Of a stretch of 64,000 bases of DNA, positions 12,681 to 25,504 are shown in pieces. Below the pieces are notes generated by a model. It was not told the origin of the DNA. It made no database searches and saw nothing but the letters and a program-made list of their open reading frames with translations. The position numbers and the translations under genes are program-made. The stretch is from Octopus sinensis (Eukaryota): contig NC_043021.1 in assembly GCF_006345805.1 (NCBI RefSeq), forward strand, positions 16,492,001-16,556,000, in the 5' to 3' direction. How positions within the stretch are numbered: position 1 is the first letter of the stretch; every line of letters starts with the position of its first letter.

Positions 12681-13207
12681 TTTCTGTTTTTTTTTTTTTT
12701 TTACTTAATTTTTAAGAGTGGTCGGGTTCATTTTAAGGATTTTTGTTTGTGAAAACAGTCGAGTTTATTTCAGATATTCTCATTTTAAAATTCATCTCTG
12801 GCTAAAATGGGTACCAGTGAAATATTGGGGTCAGTTAATCAGTAAGCCTCCCCCCGCACACATCCCACAAAATTTCAGGCCTTGTACCTTTAATAGAAAG
12901 GATTATTATAAGTACTGGGGTCAATGTGATCAACTTACCTCCTCCTCCTCCCACCAAATTGCGGGCCTTGTGCCTATAGTAGAAAGGATTATTATTATTA
13001 TTATTATTGTTTGCATGCTGGATGAAGTGCTTAGGGGCATTTCATTCCTCTTCATGTTCTAACTCCGAATTCCTCCAAGGTTGATTTTGTCTTTCATCCT
13101 TTCGGGGTCAATAAAATGAGTAGTACTAGTCTAGCACAGGGCTTGCTGTAATCGACTTACCCTCCTCCTTTAAAATTGCTGGCCCTGTGCCTATATTAGA
13201 AAGCACT

Positions 13208-13720
13208 ATTATTATTATTGAGTGAGAGAGCAGTGCATGCCATCAAAGTGACACTGGGGTAAAATATACGAAGCCCAGTATATCCATCATGACTACTCGT
13301 GTGATAAGGGTACACTAGGCACATGCATCACAACCATATGTGCGCGACATGGTGATCTCATATCAAGATAAACAGCACATGACCTTGCAGGTGGGGCCCA
13401 GTTAGAATTTTCTTCTGGTCGAGTAACCCATCCCACTCAAAAGGTCCTTGAATAAGGGTTATTTAAGGATGTTGAATGAAACACCCATGTTTTCAGAGGT
13501 GAATTATTTAAACCCCAAATAACTCCTCTCAACACATGGCTATGATGGTCCCCCACTATTCCTGCTCGTGATCAGAGATGCACATATCGTCAGCCACTAA
13601 GGGACATCTCAACTGGTTAAGGTCAAACAACTGACAAGCAAATCTGTGGTATTGAGCAGAATATTTGCTGTAGCCCATCTTTCATACCAAGACAAAACAA
13701 CGTACATGATAACACTTCCA
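13208..13720 (-). mobile_element. Probable LINE 3' UTR remnant with (TAA)n tail
   Basis: Starts immediately after (ATT)n on + (a minus-strand tail); non-coding body recalled as a common repeat of this genome type. Confidence 0.4.
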
Positions 13721-14059
13721 TATTATTATTATTATTATTATTATTATTGTTATTATGGCCATAAGCTGGCAGAATCGTTTGCACATTGGATAAAATGCTC
13801 AACTGCATTTCCTTTGGCTCTTTACGTCCTGAGTTCAAATTCTGCCAGTGTCGACTTAGAACTTTAAATAGGACAAATTGTGTGTGTGTGTGTACACACA
13901 CATACGCAACGGTGTTTCTACATCGCCAGTTAAAGTGCAGGACATGACCATTGTGTTAGACCTTCATGTGTTCTACGAGGTTCTGAAAGAATCCTGTGAA
14001 GAGAATCACAGTTGTTACAGTGAAGGCTCATATTACAAGCCTCATTGACTATAAAGGTC

Positions 14060-14459
14060 ACAATACACACACACACACACACACACAATGCACATAGATA
14101 GATACACATGTACACACATACCCACACATAGCACATATATACATGCACACACATGTAGATAGATACACATATACAAACACATTCACACATACAGACATAT
14201 ATGCATATAGATAGATATATACACACACACAACACAGATACACATATGTATACACATACCCAGACATAACACATATATACACTCACATACATAGATGGAT
14301 AGATACACATATATACAAACACACATTCACATACATACAGACATATATGCATATATATATATATATAGATATATATATATACACACACACACTCGCACAA
14401 CACACAGATAGATAGATACACACATATATACACACGCATATTTACATACATACAGGCAC

Positions 14460-14513
<54 letters not shown>

Positions 14514-14530
14514 ATACATACACACACCCA
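14060..14530. repeat. Compound CA/TA microsatellite
   Basis: Low-complexity ACACAT/ATATAT runs. Confidence 0.9.
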
Positions 14531-16671
14531 CATTTACATGTACAAAAGTATTATATATACATACAAAAAATAAAACTAGAGAGTATTGTTTGACATTATT
14601 CACATATAACATCCTTATAAATGCGTGTGTGCATGTGTATGATGTATGTATAGCTACATTTCAACTCAGAGATTTTGTTTCTAGTCTATGGAGGTTCTGA
14701 AGGCTTCTATTTCTGCATTAGGAATTTAGAAATCTAGTTTTGAGTTTCCTCCTGTCCCAGATGAGTGATTCTTGTGTGTACAAATGTAACCCATCCTTCG
14801 AGAGAACATTAGAAAATGGACCTGAGAAGGAGTAGACTCTGAACAGAAACTTGAAACTGGAGCGGTGGAATGAGGTAATTACTATCAGAAGCAAAATGGT
14901 GGGAATACAATGGTGTACCATGAAGAGGAGGAGTATGTAATCTTTTGGACATTGTTGTCATCTACTGACTTCAACTTCCATTTGTGTTAAAAACGAAGAC
15001 TTACTGTCTCCACTCATAAAGCTAGTTGCCTGGTTGCCATGGTAACATTCTCCCTAAACAGGATGCCAGTCCGTCACAGGGTTACGCATTCACAGCTGAG
15101 TCGACTGGAGGCAACTTCAAATGAAACGTTTTGCTCAAAAACACAGCGCCCTGCCCTGCTGGGAATTGAAACCATGATCTTCTGGTCATGTGTGCAGCCC
15201 ACCCTAACCACTAGGCCACAGTGACAGGCAGATTGGCACACGACAAATCCTGTTCCATTATCACTGTTCTGAGTTAATCAGCAATAAAAAGGCCTTTAAT
15301 AGTTTATCCTTTCATGGGTCTCTTCTTGGCTGGTGGATTGTTCTGGTCATCTCAGACACTCCTACATGTTGCAACCATTTTCCTGCTTTCATGTTGGACA
15401 GCATATTGGACAGAGACCTTTTACAACAGAAAGAATACTCTTCCTCCTTCCCCCACCTCCTTATTAGAACATATCTCATTTCTATGTGGAAATCACCTCT
15501 TTACTCACCCAGAGCCCCATTAATATCCTCTTTTCCAGTTGTGGTTGGTTACACGCAAAGCATTTATTATTTGCCAAGCGCACCTATAATTCCTTTAAAT
15601 ATGTATCTCAGAACCTTAAATTTCCTTAATAATAATAATAATAATGGTTTCAAATTTTGTCATAAGGGCAGCAATTTTTAGGGAGGGGATGAGTCGATTA
15701 CATCGACCCCAGTATTTAATTGGTGCTTATTTTATCGATCACAAAATGATGAAAGGTAAAGTCGACCTCAGCAGAATTTGATCTTAGAACATACCGTTAA
15801 GCATTTCATTCAGCGCACTAATGATTCTGCCAGCTCACCACCTTAATAATAATAATAATAATAATTGGCGATAACAAGTGGTTGAGGTCTTTGATGATTT
15901 GCTGTGCTTGAGAAGACATGTCAAGCTAAGTGAAATTGTAGTCGTGGACAGTGCTGGTGGCACATAAAAAGCACCTGTATTGGTGGCACGTTAAAAGGCA
16001 CCTGTGTCAGCAACATGTAAAAGATAGCCATGCCAGTGACACATAAAAGACACCCGTGCTGGTTTCATGTACAAGGCACCCATTACATTCTTGGAGTGTT
16101 TGGCACAGGAAGGGCATCAAGCTGTAGAAACCAAACCAAGCCAAACCGGACAGGCTTGGTACAGCTCTCCAGCTTACCAGTTCCAGTCAAACCATTAACC
16201 TCATACCAGCATGGAAAATGGATGCTAAATGATGGTGATGATGATGATGATAATAATAATAATAATAATAATAATAATGTAGCTTGCTTGAAATATTGTG
16301 ATAAGATGTAAAATAAAAAAAATAGGGAAGATGGAAAGATTCTTACAATGTGAAAAAGTAAAAGGTGTAATAATCTTTATATTTCAAGCACAAAAGCCCA
16401 CCATCAGAGGTAAATAGTCAAGAAATGTTAGTCTATTTAGTACCTATATGGAACCAACTATCAACATGGCTAGCACTGCATAAACTCACATTTCTTAGCT
16501 GTTTGCCGCTGATGGTGGACTGTTATGCCTGAAATATATAAAAGTTATGAAACCTTTTCCTTTTTACAATATAAGAAGCTCTCTGTCTTTGCTATTTCGT
16601 AATACTAATAATAATAATAATAATAGCAACAGCAATAATCATCTCACTAAGATATTATTTTTCTATTTCAG

Positions 16672-16702
16672 ATCTCATTGGTACATACCGGTTTGCTCTT
16701 GG
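16672..16702 (+). CDS. AGTRAP: AGTRAP-like gene, alternative microexon B (31 nt; xAT-LIGTYRFALG)
   Basis: CACTAAG..TTATTTTTCTATTTCAG U2-type acceptor; donor GTATCCTTA at 16703; phase 1 to phase 2; GG|T ATG joins to 25526 giving RFALGMSIVNLILKP, versus human RFGVGMAILSLLLKP (recalled). Confidence 0.8.
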
Positions 16703-17099
16703 GTATCCTTACCATTTGGGACTTTTTTCCACAACAGGAAAAATGTTCCTTGCATCATCCACCTATTTACTCTTGTACAGGACTTTAAACAGTCGCATCA
16801 TATATTCTTTCCTCCCCCATGGATTTGGTCCGCAGTCTGAGTGTGATACTTGTCTTTGTCAACTTTTGTCTTTCATCCTCAGAGGGAGGAATTCAAGCTC
16901 AGTTGTGTTGTATGTTCTTCTAAGTCTTCTAATTGCAGTTTAGTGTGTGTTCTTACTATGAATACTGTAAACGTTAGCTTTACCACACTGACTTCTCCTT
17001 TCACTCAATGTATTAAGAATGAATATGTACATTACTGTTTTGGTTTTCTGTTCTCCATGCATGGGATTATATAATCATAAATATTATAGAAATCACGAT

Positions 17100-17608
17100 T
17101 GATAGATATCCTAGATAGATAGATGGATAAATATCAATGATAGATGGGTAGATCAACTGATAGATAGGTAGATAACAGATTGACAGGCAGACTGACAGAT
17201 CGACAGACAGATCAACAGACTGATTGGCAGATAGACAGACAGACAGACAAACATACAGACAGACAGATAAACAGACAGACAGACAGATAAACAGACAGAC
17301 AGACAGATAAACAGACAGACAGACAGATAAACAGACAGACAGACAGATAAACATACAGACAGACAGATAAACATACAGACAGACAGATAAACAGACAGAC
17401 AGACAGATAAACAGACACAGACAGATCGACAGATTGACAAATAGATAGACAGATTGAAAGATTGATAGATCGACAGATAGATTAGCAGATCGACAGATAG
17501 ACTGGCAGACCGACAGTGAGACAGACAGACAGACAGGTAGGTAGGTAGGTAGGGAGACAACTAACCTAATAGACATTGACAGATCAACAGATAGATTGAT
17601 AAATCGAC

Positions 17609-17639
<31 letters not shown>

Positions 17640-17645
17640 TATCTG
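17100..17645. repeat. (GACA)n/(GATA)n microsatellite with 20-bp higher-order units
   Basis: ACAGACAGACAGACAGATAA repeated. Confidence 0.95.
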
Positions 17646-18039
17646 CTAGATTGTTGATCATATGATCATAAGTCACAGCTTTGTTTCCTCCCTTACGGAG
17701 AAGCACCTAGTGCAACTCTAATTTCTCATTGTTCCTTCCACTCTACACAATAGCGGTTAGCAATGGGAAGGACATAACCGCCAGAACAAAATTTGCTATT
17801 CTGACGACATGTCAGAAAGGAAAAACGAAAGAAATTCCAAACTGAAGTGGAGGTTTGGAGACCTATGAGTTCATCTTTTAAAATTCTGTGATGTTATTTT
17901 TAAAATCTCATTCTCTCTCTCTCGCACACTCACTGAAGTGGATTTCAAGTTTTAGCTTCCGTCACTTCATTGGAACATTAATAGCTTTTGTGTCCTCGTT
18001 TCCTAGAAGAAATGCACTTGGAAAAAAACAGCAGCCACT

Positions 18040-18690
18040 GGTGGTTGTGGTGGTGAGGATGGTAGTGGTGGTGGTGGTGGTGGTGGTGGCTTTAAGGAGA
18101 TAGCAGTGGTAGAGGTGAGAGGCAGTGGTTGTAGTGAGGATGCTAGTGCGGCTTATCTGATGGTGATAATGAGAGCTCAATGATGGTGATGGATCATGTG
18201 ACAGTGTTCACATATTGACAGCTGTGGTGGTGGTGTTGGTGGTAATGAGAGTTCAATGAGAGTGATGGATGGTATGATAGTGGTCTGACCATATTAACAA
18301 TTGCGGTGGTGGTGATTATAACGAAGGCCTCAGTGATGGTAATGGATGGTATGACACTGTTCACATAACGATAGCAAGGACAGTGGTGGTGGTGGTGGTG
18401 GTGGTGGTGGTGGTGGTAATAATGAGAGCTCATTGATAGTGATGGATGGTATAACTGGTCTAATCATATTAACAATGGTAATGGATGGTATGACAATGTT
18501 CACATAATGATAGCAATGATAAGTGGTAAGAAGAGCTCATTGATTGTGATGGATGGTATAACTGGTCTGATCATGTTAACAATGATGATGATGGTGGTGG
18601 TAATGAAGGCCTCAGTGATGGATGGTATGACAATGTTCACATAATGACGGTGGTGGTGAAAGCCTCAGTGACGGTGCTGGTGGTGGGGTA
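18040..18690. repeat. Degenerate GGT/GAT-rich compound minisatellite
   Basis: Recurring blocks GAGAGCTCA..GATGGATGGTAT and ATGACAATGTTCACATAA separated by (GGT)n. Confidence 0.75.
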
Positions 18691-18744
18691 GAGAGAGCTT
18701 CCATGGGGCTAGTGGAATGAATGGTATTTTTATCTTTTACTTGC

Positions 18745-19150
18745 TTCGCTTGTTAGACTGCGGCCATGCTGGGGCACCACCTTGAACAGTTTTTTTTGTT
18801 TTTTTAGCCGAATGAATCAATCCCAGGACTTATTCCTTGTAAGCCAAGTACTTATTCTATTGGTCTCTTTTGCTGAACTGCTAAGTTACCAGGACATAAA
18901 CACACACCAACAGTGGTTGTCAAGTGATGATGGGGGACAAACACAGACACACACACACACACAGACACCCACACACACATGTATATATGATAGGCTTCTT
19001 TCAGTTTCTATCTACCAGATCCACTCAAAAAGATTCAGTCGGCCTGAGGCTATAGTAGAAGACACTCGCCCAAGGTGTCTTGCAGTGGAACTGAACCTGG
19101 AACCATGTGGTTGGGAGGCAAGCTTCTTACGATACAACCATGCCTGTGCC
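18745..19150 (-). mobile_element. SINE S1, diverged
   Basis: Colinear with 6541-6946. Confidence 0.75.
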
Positions 19151-19289
19151 GGTGGTATGGTAATGGTCATTATAATGATAGCAACGGAGGTGGTGACAAC
19201 AGCAGCAGTGATACCTGGTGGGTGGGGGACACGTTAAATGATGGATGTAGTGGTGATGGTGGAAGTGATGATGAGGGTCTTTAATAATG

Positions 19290-19820
19290 GTGATGGCTAA
19301 AACACTTACTTTGCAACCTTGTAGTTCCAGGTTCAGTCCCACTGCATGCCACCTCGGGCAACTGTTCTCTTCTATAGCCCCAGGCAAACCAATGCCTTAT
19401 GAGTGAATTTGATAAACGAAAACTGTGTGGAAGCTCATTTTGTATGTGTGTGTATATATATTTAGGTGCAGGCATAGCTGTGTGGTAACAAGTTTGCTTC
19501 CCAACCACATGGCTCCAGGTTCAATCCCACTGCATGGTCTAATGTCTTCTACTATAGCCTTGGGCTGACCAAAGCCTTGAGTAGATTTGGTAGACAGAAA
19601 CTGAAAGAAGTCCATTGTATATATGTGTGTGTGTGTGAATATGTATGTATTTAAGTGTGGGGTGGATGGGTGTGTTGGTTTATTTACAATTCCTCGTGAG
19701 TGAGTGATTCAGCAGTAGAGACCAAAAGAATAAGTACTAGGCTTTAAAAAAATAAAATAAGTCCTGGGGTTGATCTGTTTGACCCCAGCAAGGCTACCAT
19801 CCACTGACTGAAACAAGTGA
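19290..19820 (+). mobile_element. SINE S1, rearranged and diverged copies
   Basis: Two head segments (CCAGGTTCAGTCCCACTGC and CCAGGTTCAATCCCACTGC) plus the S1 tail (CTGAAACAAGTGAAAGA). Confidence 0.65.
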
Positions 19821-19899
19821 AAAGATTAAAAATTAAAAAAAAGACAACAATAGTGATGGTGGATGGAATGGCTGTGCTTTGCTTAATACATAAAGTGCA

Positions 19900-21000
19900 A
19901 CGGGCCACAATCGTGGCCGTCAGGCACAGGTCAGCAGGCCACAATTGTGGCCCAGATAGATGCATTTAATTTATGCGTGTTTGTTGGGGTCTAATGCCAC
20001 TCAACCGCTCTGATACCCACCAGGCCATCAGGTACAGGTCGGCAGGCCTCAATTGTGGCCCAGATAGATGCATTTAATTTATGGGTGTTTGTTGGGGTTC
20101 TAATGTCACTCAGACGCTCCGATACCCCCCAGGCCATCAGGCACAGGTCGGCTGGCCTCAATTGTGGCCCAGATAGATGCATTTCATTTATGGATGTTTG
20201 TTGGGGTTCTAATGTCACTCAGACGCTCCGATACCCCCCCAGGCCATCAGGCACAGGTCGGCAGGCCTCAATTGTGGCCCAGATAGATGCATTTCATTTA
20301 TGGGTGTTTGTTGGGGTTCTAATGTCACTCAGACGCTCCGATACCCCCCAGGCCATCAGGCACAGGTCGGCTGGCCTCAATTGTGGCCCAGATAGATGCA
20401 TTTCATTTATGGATGTTTGTTGGGGTTCTAATGTCACTCAGACGCTCCGATACCCCCCAGGCCATCAGGCACAGGTCGGCAGGCCTCAATTGTGGCCCAG
20501 ATAGATGCATTTCATTTATGGGTGTTTGTCGGGGTCTAATGTCACTCAAACGCTCCGATACCCCCCAGGCCATCAGGCACAGGTCGGCAGGCCTCAATTG
20601 TGGCCCAGATAGATGCATTTAATTTATGGGTGTTTGTTGGGGTCTAATGTCACTCAAACGCTCCGATACCCCCCAGGCCATCAGGCACAGGTCGGCAGGC
20701 CTCAATTGTGGCCCAGATAGATGCATTTAATTTATGGGTGTTTGTTGGGGTCTAATGTCACTCAAACGCTCCGATACCCCCCAGGCCATCAGGCACAGGT
20801 CGGCAGGCCTCAATTGTGGCCCAGATAGATGCATTTAATTTATGGGTGTTTGTTGGGGTCTAATGTCACTCAAACGCTCCGATACCCCCCAGGCCATCAG
20901 GCACAGGTCGGCAGGCCTCAATTGTGGCCCAGATAGATGCATTTAATTTATGGGTGTTTGTCGAGGTCTAATGTCAGTCAAACGCTCCAATACCCCCCAG
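19900..21000. repeat. 108-110 bp GC-rich minisatellite, 10 copies
   Basis: Unit CAGGCACAGGTCGGCAGGCCTCAATTGTGGCCCAGATAGATGC...CGCTCCGATACCCCCCAGGCCAT; units 7-9 identical with a 108-bp period. Confidence 0.95.
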
Positions 21001-22554
21001 AATGCAAGAGGACTAATAGTTCAACTAATGACTTTTCAGATGATGTAAAACTTGCCACCATTATATACTAAGAAGATATTTTAACTATTTTTTTGTTTTC
21101 TATGTATGGTAGTCTCATTTTCATAAAATGTGCTCAGCAGTCCATGCTATGTAAGTGCAAATCCCAGTGCTTTATGGGTTAATGATGGAGGAGGGTGATC
21201 GTGGTGGTGGTAGGAAATTAGAAAGTAACCCAAATACTGACCAGTGGAGAAATAAACCAGGCAAATATTTTGAGTAACGAAGTAAATGATTGTTAGAGGC
21301 AGGGGAGGGGGGGTTACTGAAGACAGAGAATTTCTTCAGTCAGTGTTTCCTACTGAAGTAGGACAGTGCGTGGGTGGATGTCGGACAGTTGACATGACGT
21401 CAGGAATAACTGATAAAGGTTACCATTGGTGAGTAGGGGATTGGATGAGATGACACTTGAGAGAGGCACAAGAGAAGATCAAGTGGGTTTTTTTTGTATT
21501 TTTTGTGTTTTTTTTTTTTTGTTGTTTTTAGAAAATTACTATTTGTGAATCTCTTGTGAAATATTCAGCAACAGTGCTCTAAAGATTGTTTGCCAGCGTA
21601 ACATGGCAACATTTGTACTAAACCAGGACTGCCATGTGATGTTGGCAAAAAATCTTTACTCAAGTGGAGATTTTTGTTTTTTTGTTTTTTTTTTCTGGAC
21701 CTGGGAAAACAAAATTTTTTTTCTTGATATCAAATATTCTTTCTGCAAAATGAAACATCTCGTATCCAGATATGATACTGCCTGATATTGATTTTCTTTG
21801 AGGTTACAATTTAATGTACATTGGTGATATCAGGAAATATGGCAGACGTACCTATATGCAATAATTATATAATTGAGCTTTTATGAGATTTCTTCGTCAT
21901 TTGTAGAAAATGAGGGAAATGAATAGTGATTTTCAAAAGAAAAATATTTATCACCAAAGAATTGAATCAAGCAGTTTTCTCATTGGCATAACTCCTCCCA
22001 CCATTACTCTGTCATTTACTTCCTCTCCTCCTCTGCTCACTATGATTCTTTCTCACTGTGTGTGTGATGTGTGTGTAGCACTCCTTTACTCATTGTCTGC
22101 CACCATGCCTAGTATAGTTTACTATCAGGAAGAGAATTATATTATCATTATATATATGGGGCAAAGTACTGAAGGACAACCTCAAGACATTGAACTTTTT
22201 AAATGAGATCACAAAGGACCATGGTACCTGGCACCTTGCTGTACTCAAGGCCCGTACTTCCACAGTGGAAGTGTTAAGGCCACGTCCCCTGGTGAAGAGG
22301 ATTGACCTGTAAGAGTCTCATGCCAGTGTCATGTAAAAAGCACTTGTCTCACGTAAAAGAACCCATGTGGTGCCCGGTAAAAGCACCCAGCTCACTCTTT
22401 AAAATGGTTGGCATTAGAAAGAGCATTCCAGCCAGAGAAAACCTTGCCAAATCAGACTGGAGCCTGATGCAGCTCTCCAGCTTGCTAGCTCTGGTTAAAC
22501 TGTCCAACCCGTGCCAGCATGGACAATGGACATTCAGTGATGATGTTGACATAC

Positions 22555-22775
22555 ACACACACCGCATGGTTCTTGGTCTCAAGCATTTGTCTTATGAAGA
22601 AAGGCTGAAGACACTCCACCTTTATTCTCTTGAAAAACGCCGCCGCCGAGGTGATCTCATTCTTGCTCACAACATCATAAGCGGAAAGTGTAACCTCTCG
22701 AAAGAGCTGTTCTTCACTCCTGCTCCAGAACGTAGGCTGTGGGGTCACTCCGAAAAGCTCTATCTGCGATGATTT
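22555..22775 (+). pseudogene. CR1-clade LINE ORF2 fragment
   Basis: RMVLGLKHLSYEERLKTLHLYSLEKRRRRGDLI...GHSEKL, the canonical CR1 C-terminal motif. Confidence 0.85.
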
Positions 22776-22856
22776 CTGTGGTTCTCAAGGAGATTCAGTA
22801 TGACAAAGAATGTGACAAGGCTGGCCCCTTTGGAATATAGGTACAACTCATTTTTT

Positions 22857-23489
22857 GGATCTTTTCCTTTTGAACGGCAGACAATTTCTAGTTAACTAAA
22901 CACTTTAAAACTTCGTACACTGGTAGAATGTGTCAAAATAAAACATTTTTTTCTCTTGGCTTTCATGAGAAAATTGTAATTTGTTTGTTTAACGTAGTTT
23001 AATTTTTCGAATTTTAACCAATCCTATGCTCTCTTTTGAGCTAAAATCATTTGCTGCGTCTAAAACTGAGACAACATCCTGTAACTAACCCTAAGCCTCC
23101 CCCCTAACCCTAACCCTAAATTTTTTTTTTCTTAATTGTTAAATTAATTTAATTGTTACGCGTGTAAAAAAAACTAAAGCAATGGAATTAAATTAATTTA
23201 ACAATTAAGAAAAAAATTTAGGGTTGGGGGGCGGTTTAGGGTTAGTTACAGGATGTTGTCTCAGTTTTAGACGCAGCAAATGATTTTAGTTGAATGGAGG
23301 TAATCGATTGGTTAAAATTGCCGAAATGCTCGGATTTTCAGACGAAATATCTTACAAACTATAGAATTTTCTCAATAAAACCAAGAGAAAATGATGTTTT
23401 ATAAACACATTCTACCAGTATACGAAGTTTTAAAATGTTTAGTTAACTAGAAATTGTGTTGACATGTGCCGTTCAAAAGGAAAAGATCC
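22857..23489. mobile_element. Foldback MITE, Merlin-like
   Basis: TIR GGATCTTTTCCTTTTGAACGGCA at both ends; 8-bp TSD CATTTTTT (22849-22856 and 23490-23497); near-palindromic body with CCCTAA/TTAGGG motifs. Confidence 0.85.
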
Positions 23490-24316
23490 CATTTTTTTTG
23501 CCAGCTGAGTGGGCTGAAGCAATGAGAAATAAAGTGTCTTGCTCAGGGACACAGTGCACCACTGGGAATTAAGGTCACGGCCTTACAGTCATGAACTGAC
23601 TACCCTAACCACCTAGATATAAACCTTCACAAGAAGTACAGTTAATGAGAAGACTGAAAGCTGACTACAATAAAAATAAGGGAACTGGTGTCCATTGAAA
23701 TTTATCTAAATATACCACAAAAACAGGTATGTTTCCCAGTTTTTTTTTTGTTTTTTTTTTATTTTATATCTCTCACCACCACTCATATTGTAAGAAACAT
23801 TTCCTTTCATTTAATTGACAGGGGATTCTAACTATGAAAATGTTCACAAATATGTATATATTTATATATATATATATATATCCATGACCAATGAATAATC
23901 AAAATGGAGAGGCGAAACCGGTTGAGGTTATTTTGGTTATCATTGTATTTTAATTACTCTTTCTCTTTTTGTTTTGAGAATTACTCTTGGTTGTGTTTTG
24001 GTTTTGTTACTCTCTCCCCTCCTTGTCCCAGCCTCATCTAAGCTTTTCTATTTTTCAGAATTAACACTTTCGTTAACATTTTCTAATGAAGTATGTTATG
24101 TTTTTTTTTAATTAATTTTTTTTAAATAACTGTAAATTTGGAAAGATTTAATTAACAAACTTTATTTTTAAACTGTTTGTTTGGATTTTTGTTAAATCAG
24201 ACAAAATTTGTCTGAGAAATTATTTTTGTTCTTGAAGAAGTCTTCTGAAGTGCAATGGCTGAAATGTTGAGATTTTAGCAACCAGGATGAGGGCATTAAT
24301 CCAATGTATTATGATA

Positions 24317-24800
24317 TTAACCCTGTTGATACCAATCCAACTGTGACCACCACTTAGTTCAATGATACATACTGTCTCTTTCAAAGTAATCTAAATTAAA
24401 ACCTTCCACCAAAATTCCATGTTCATTTATGTTCTAAACACCATCTTAATAAAGACAAAGTTACCTTACTAAATTCTTGATTATTTTCAAAACTTATTGA
24501 AACAAAAACAGTGTCCTTCAACAGAAATATGACAAGAAAAGGGTTAACCCTTTTGCTACTAACTTGCCTGAGGCACATCCTGCTTCTATAATATACAAAC
24601 TTCCTGTTTTAACCCTTTAGCATTTAGATTTTTCTGTCAAATGTAAAACTTATCTATTCACATTGTTTCAAATTAGGCATTATCTCATAGCTTTAAGAAT
24701 TCAATAATGTGACCGTTGCATATCTAAAATGACATTGTAGGGTAGGTGTGAAAGATCAAATCTGGTTAGTTGAACATAAAACAGTAAATATCTGAGCTGG
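24317..24800. mobile_element. Cluster of TTAA-flanked piggyBac-like MITEs
   Basis: TTAA|CCCTGTTG...AAAAGGG|TTAA (24321-24543), immediately followed by CCCTTTTG and another TTAACCCTTTAGCA at about 24610. Confidence 0.6.
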
Positions 24801-24807
24801 ATATACT

Positions 24808-25210
24808 CTCTTTTTACTCTTTTACTTGTTTCAGTCATTTGACTGCGGCCATGCTGGAGCACCTTTAGTCGAGCGAATCGACCCCAGGACTTATTCTTTG
24901 CAAGCCCAGCACTTATTCTTTCGGTCTCTTTTGCCGAACCACTAAGCTACGGGGATGTAAACACACCAGCATTGGTTGTCAGGTGATGTTGGGGGGACAA
25001 ACACAGACACACAAACACACACACACACATATATATTCATATACATATATACGACAGGCTTCTTTCAGTTTCTGTCTACCAAATTCACTCACAAGGCTTT
25101 GGTCGGCCTTAGGCTATAGTAGAAGAAACATGCCCAAGGTGCCACATTGTGGGAATGAACCCAGAACTATGTGGTTGGTAAGCAAACTACTTACCACACA
25201 GCCACTCCTG
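24808..25210 (-). mobile_element. SINE S1
   Basis: Colinear with 6541-6946. Confidence 0.85.
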
Positions 25211-25504
25211 TTTAGTTGATGTTTGAAATATAGCAAACAAAATATTCTGATATAAAAGAAAATTTCGAGTTTCAGTTGAAAGATGAACATTTTTAAAAGG
25301 AACAGTTTTGTATCCTGGAAATTAGAGGTGGATTGTTATCAAGAGTTTTAGGCTAGGTGGATTTGTAATTTAGTCTCCAACCTACTAGACATTGTATTTT
25401 TTAATTTTTGGAGAGTTGTAAAAACAGTTGCTTACCGTCCTCATGTAATATTTCTCTTCCATTGTCTTCAAATTAATGAATGTAAAAACATGAACAAGTT
25501 TCAA

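Noticed and set aside
15314-15420. FLAGGL..ATIFL segment as the missing upstream AGTRAP exon
   Set aside because: Not colinear with the AGTRAP helix, no convincing splice sites, and it lies downstream of exon A; the upstream exons are probably outside the window.
19900-21000. Regular repeat resembling a CRISPR array or coding repeat
   Set aside because: No unique spacers, eukaryotic context, no cas genes; stops and frame changes interrupt the ORFs.
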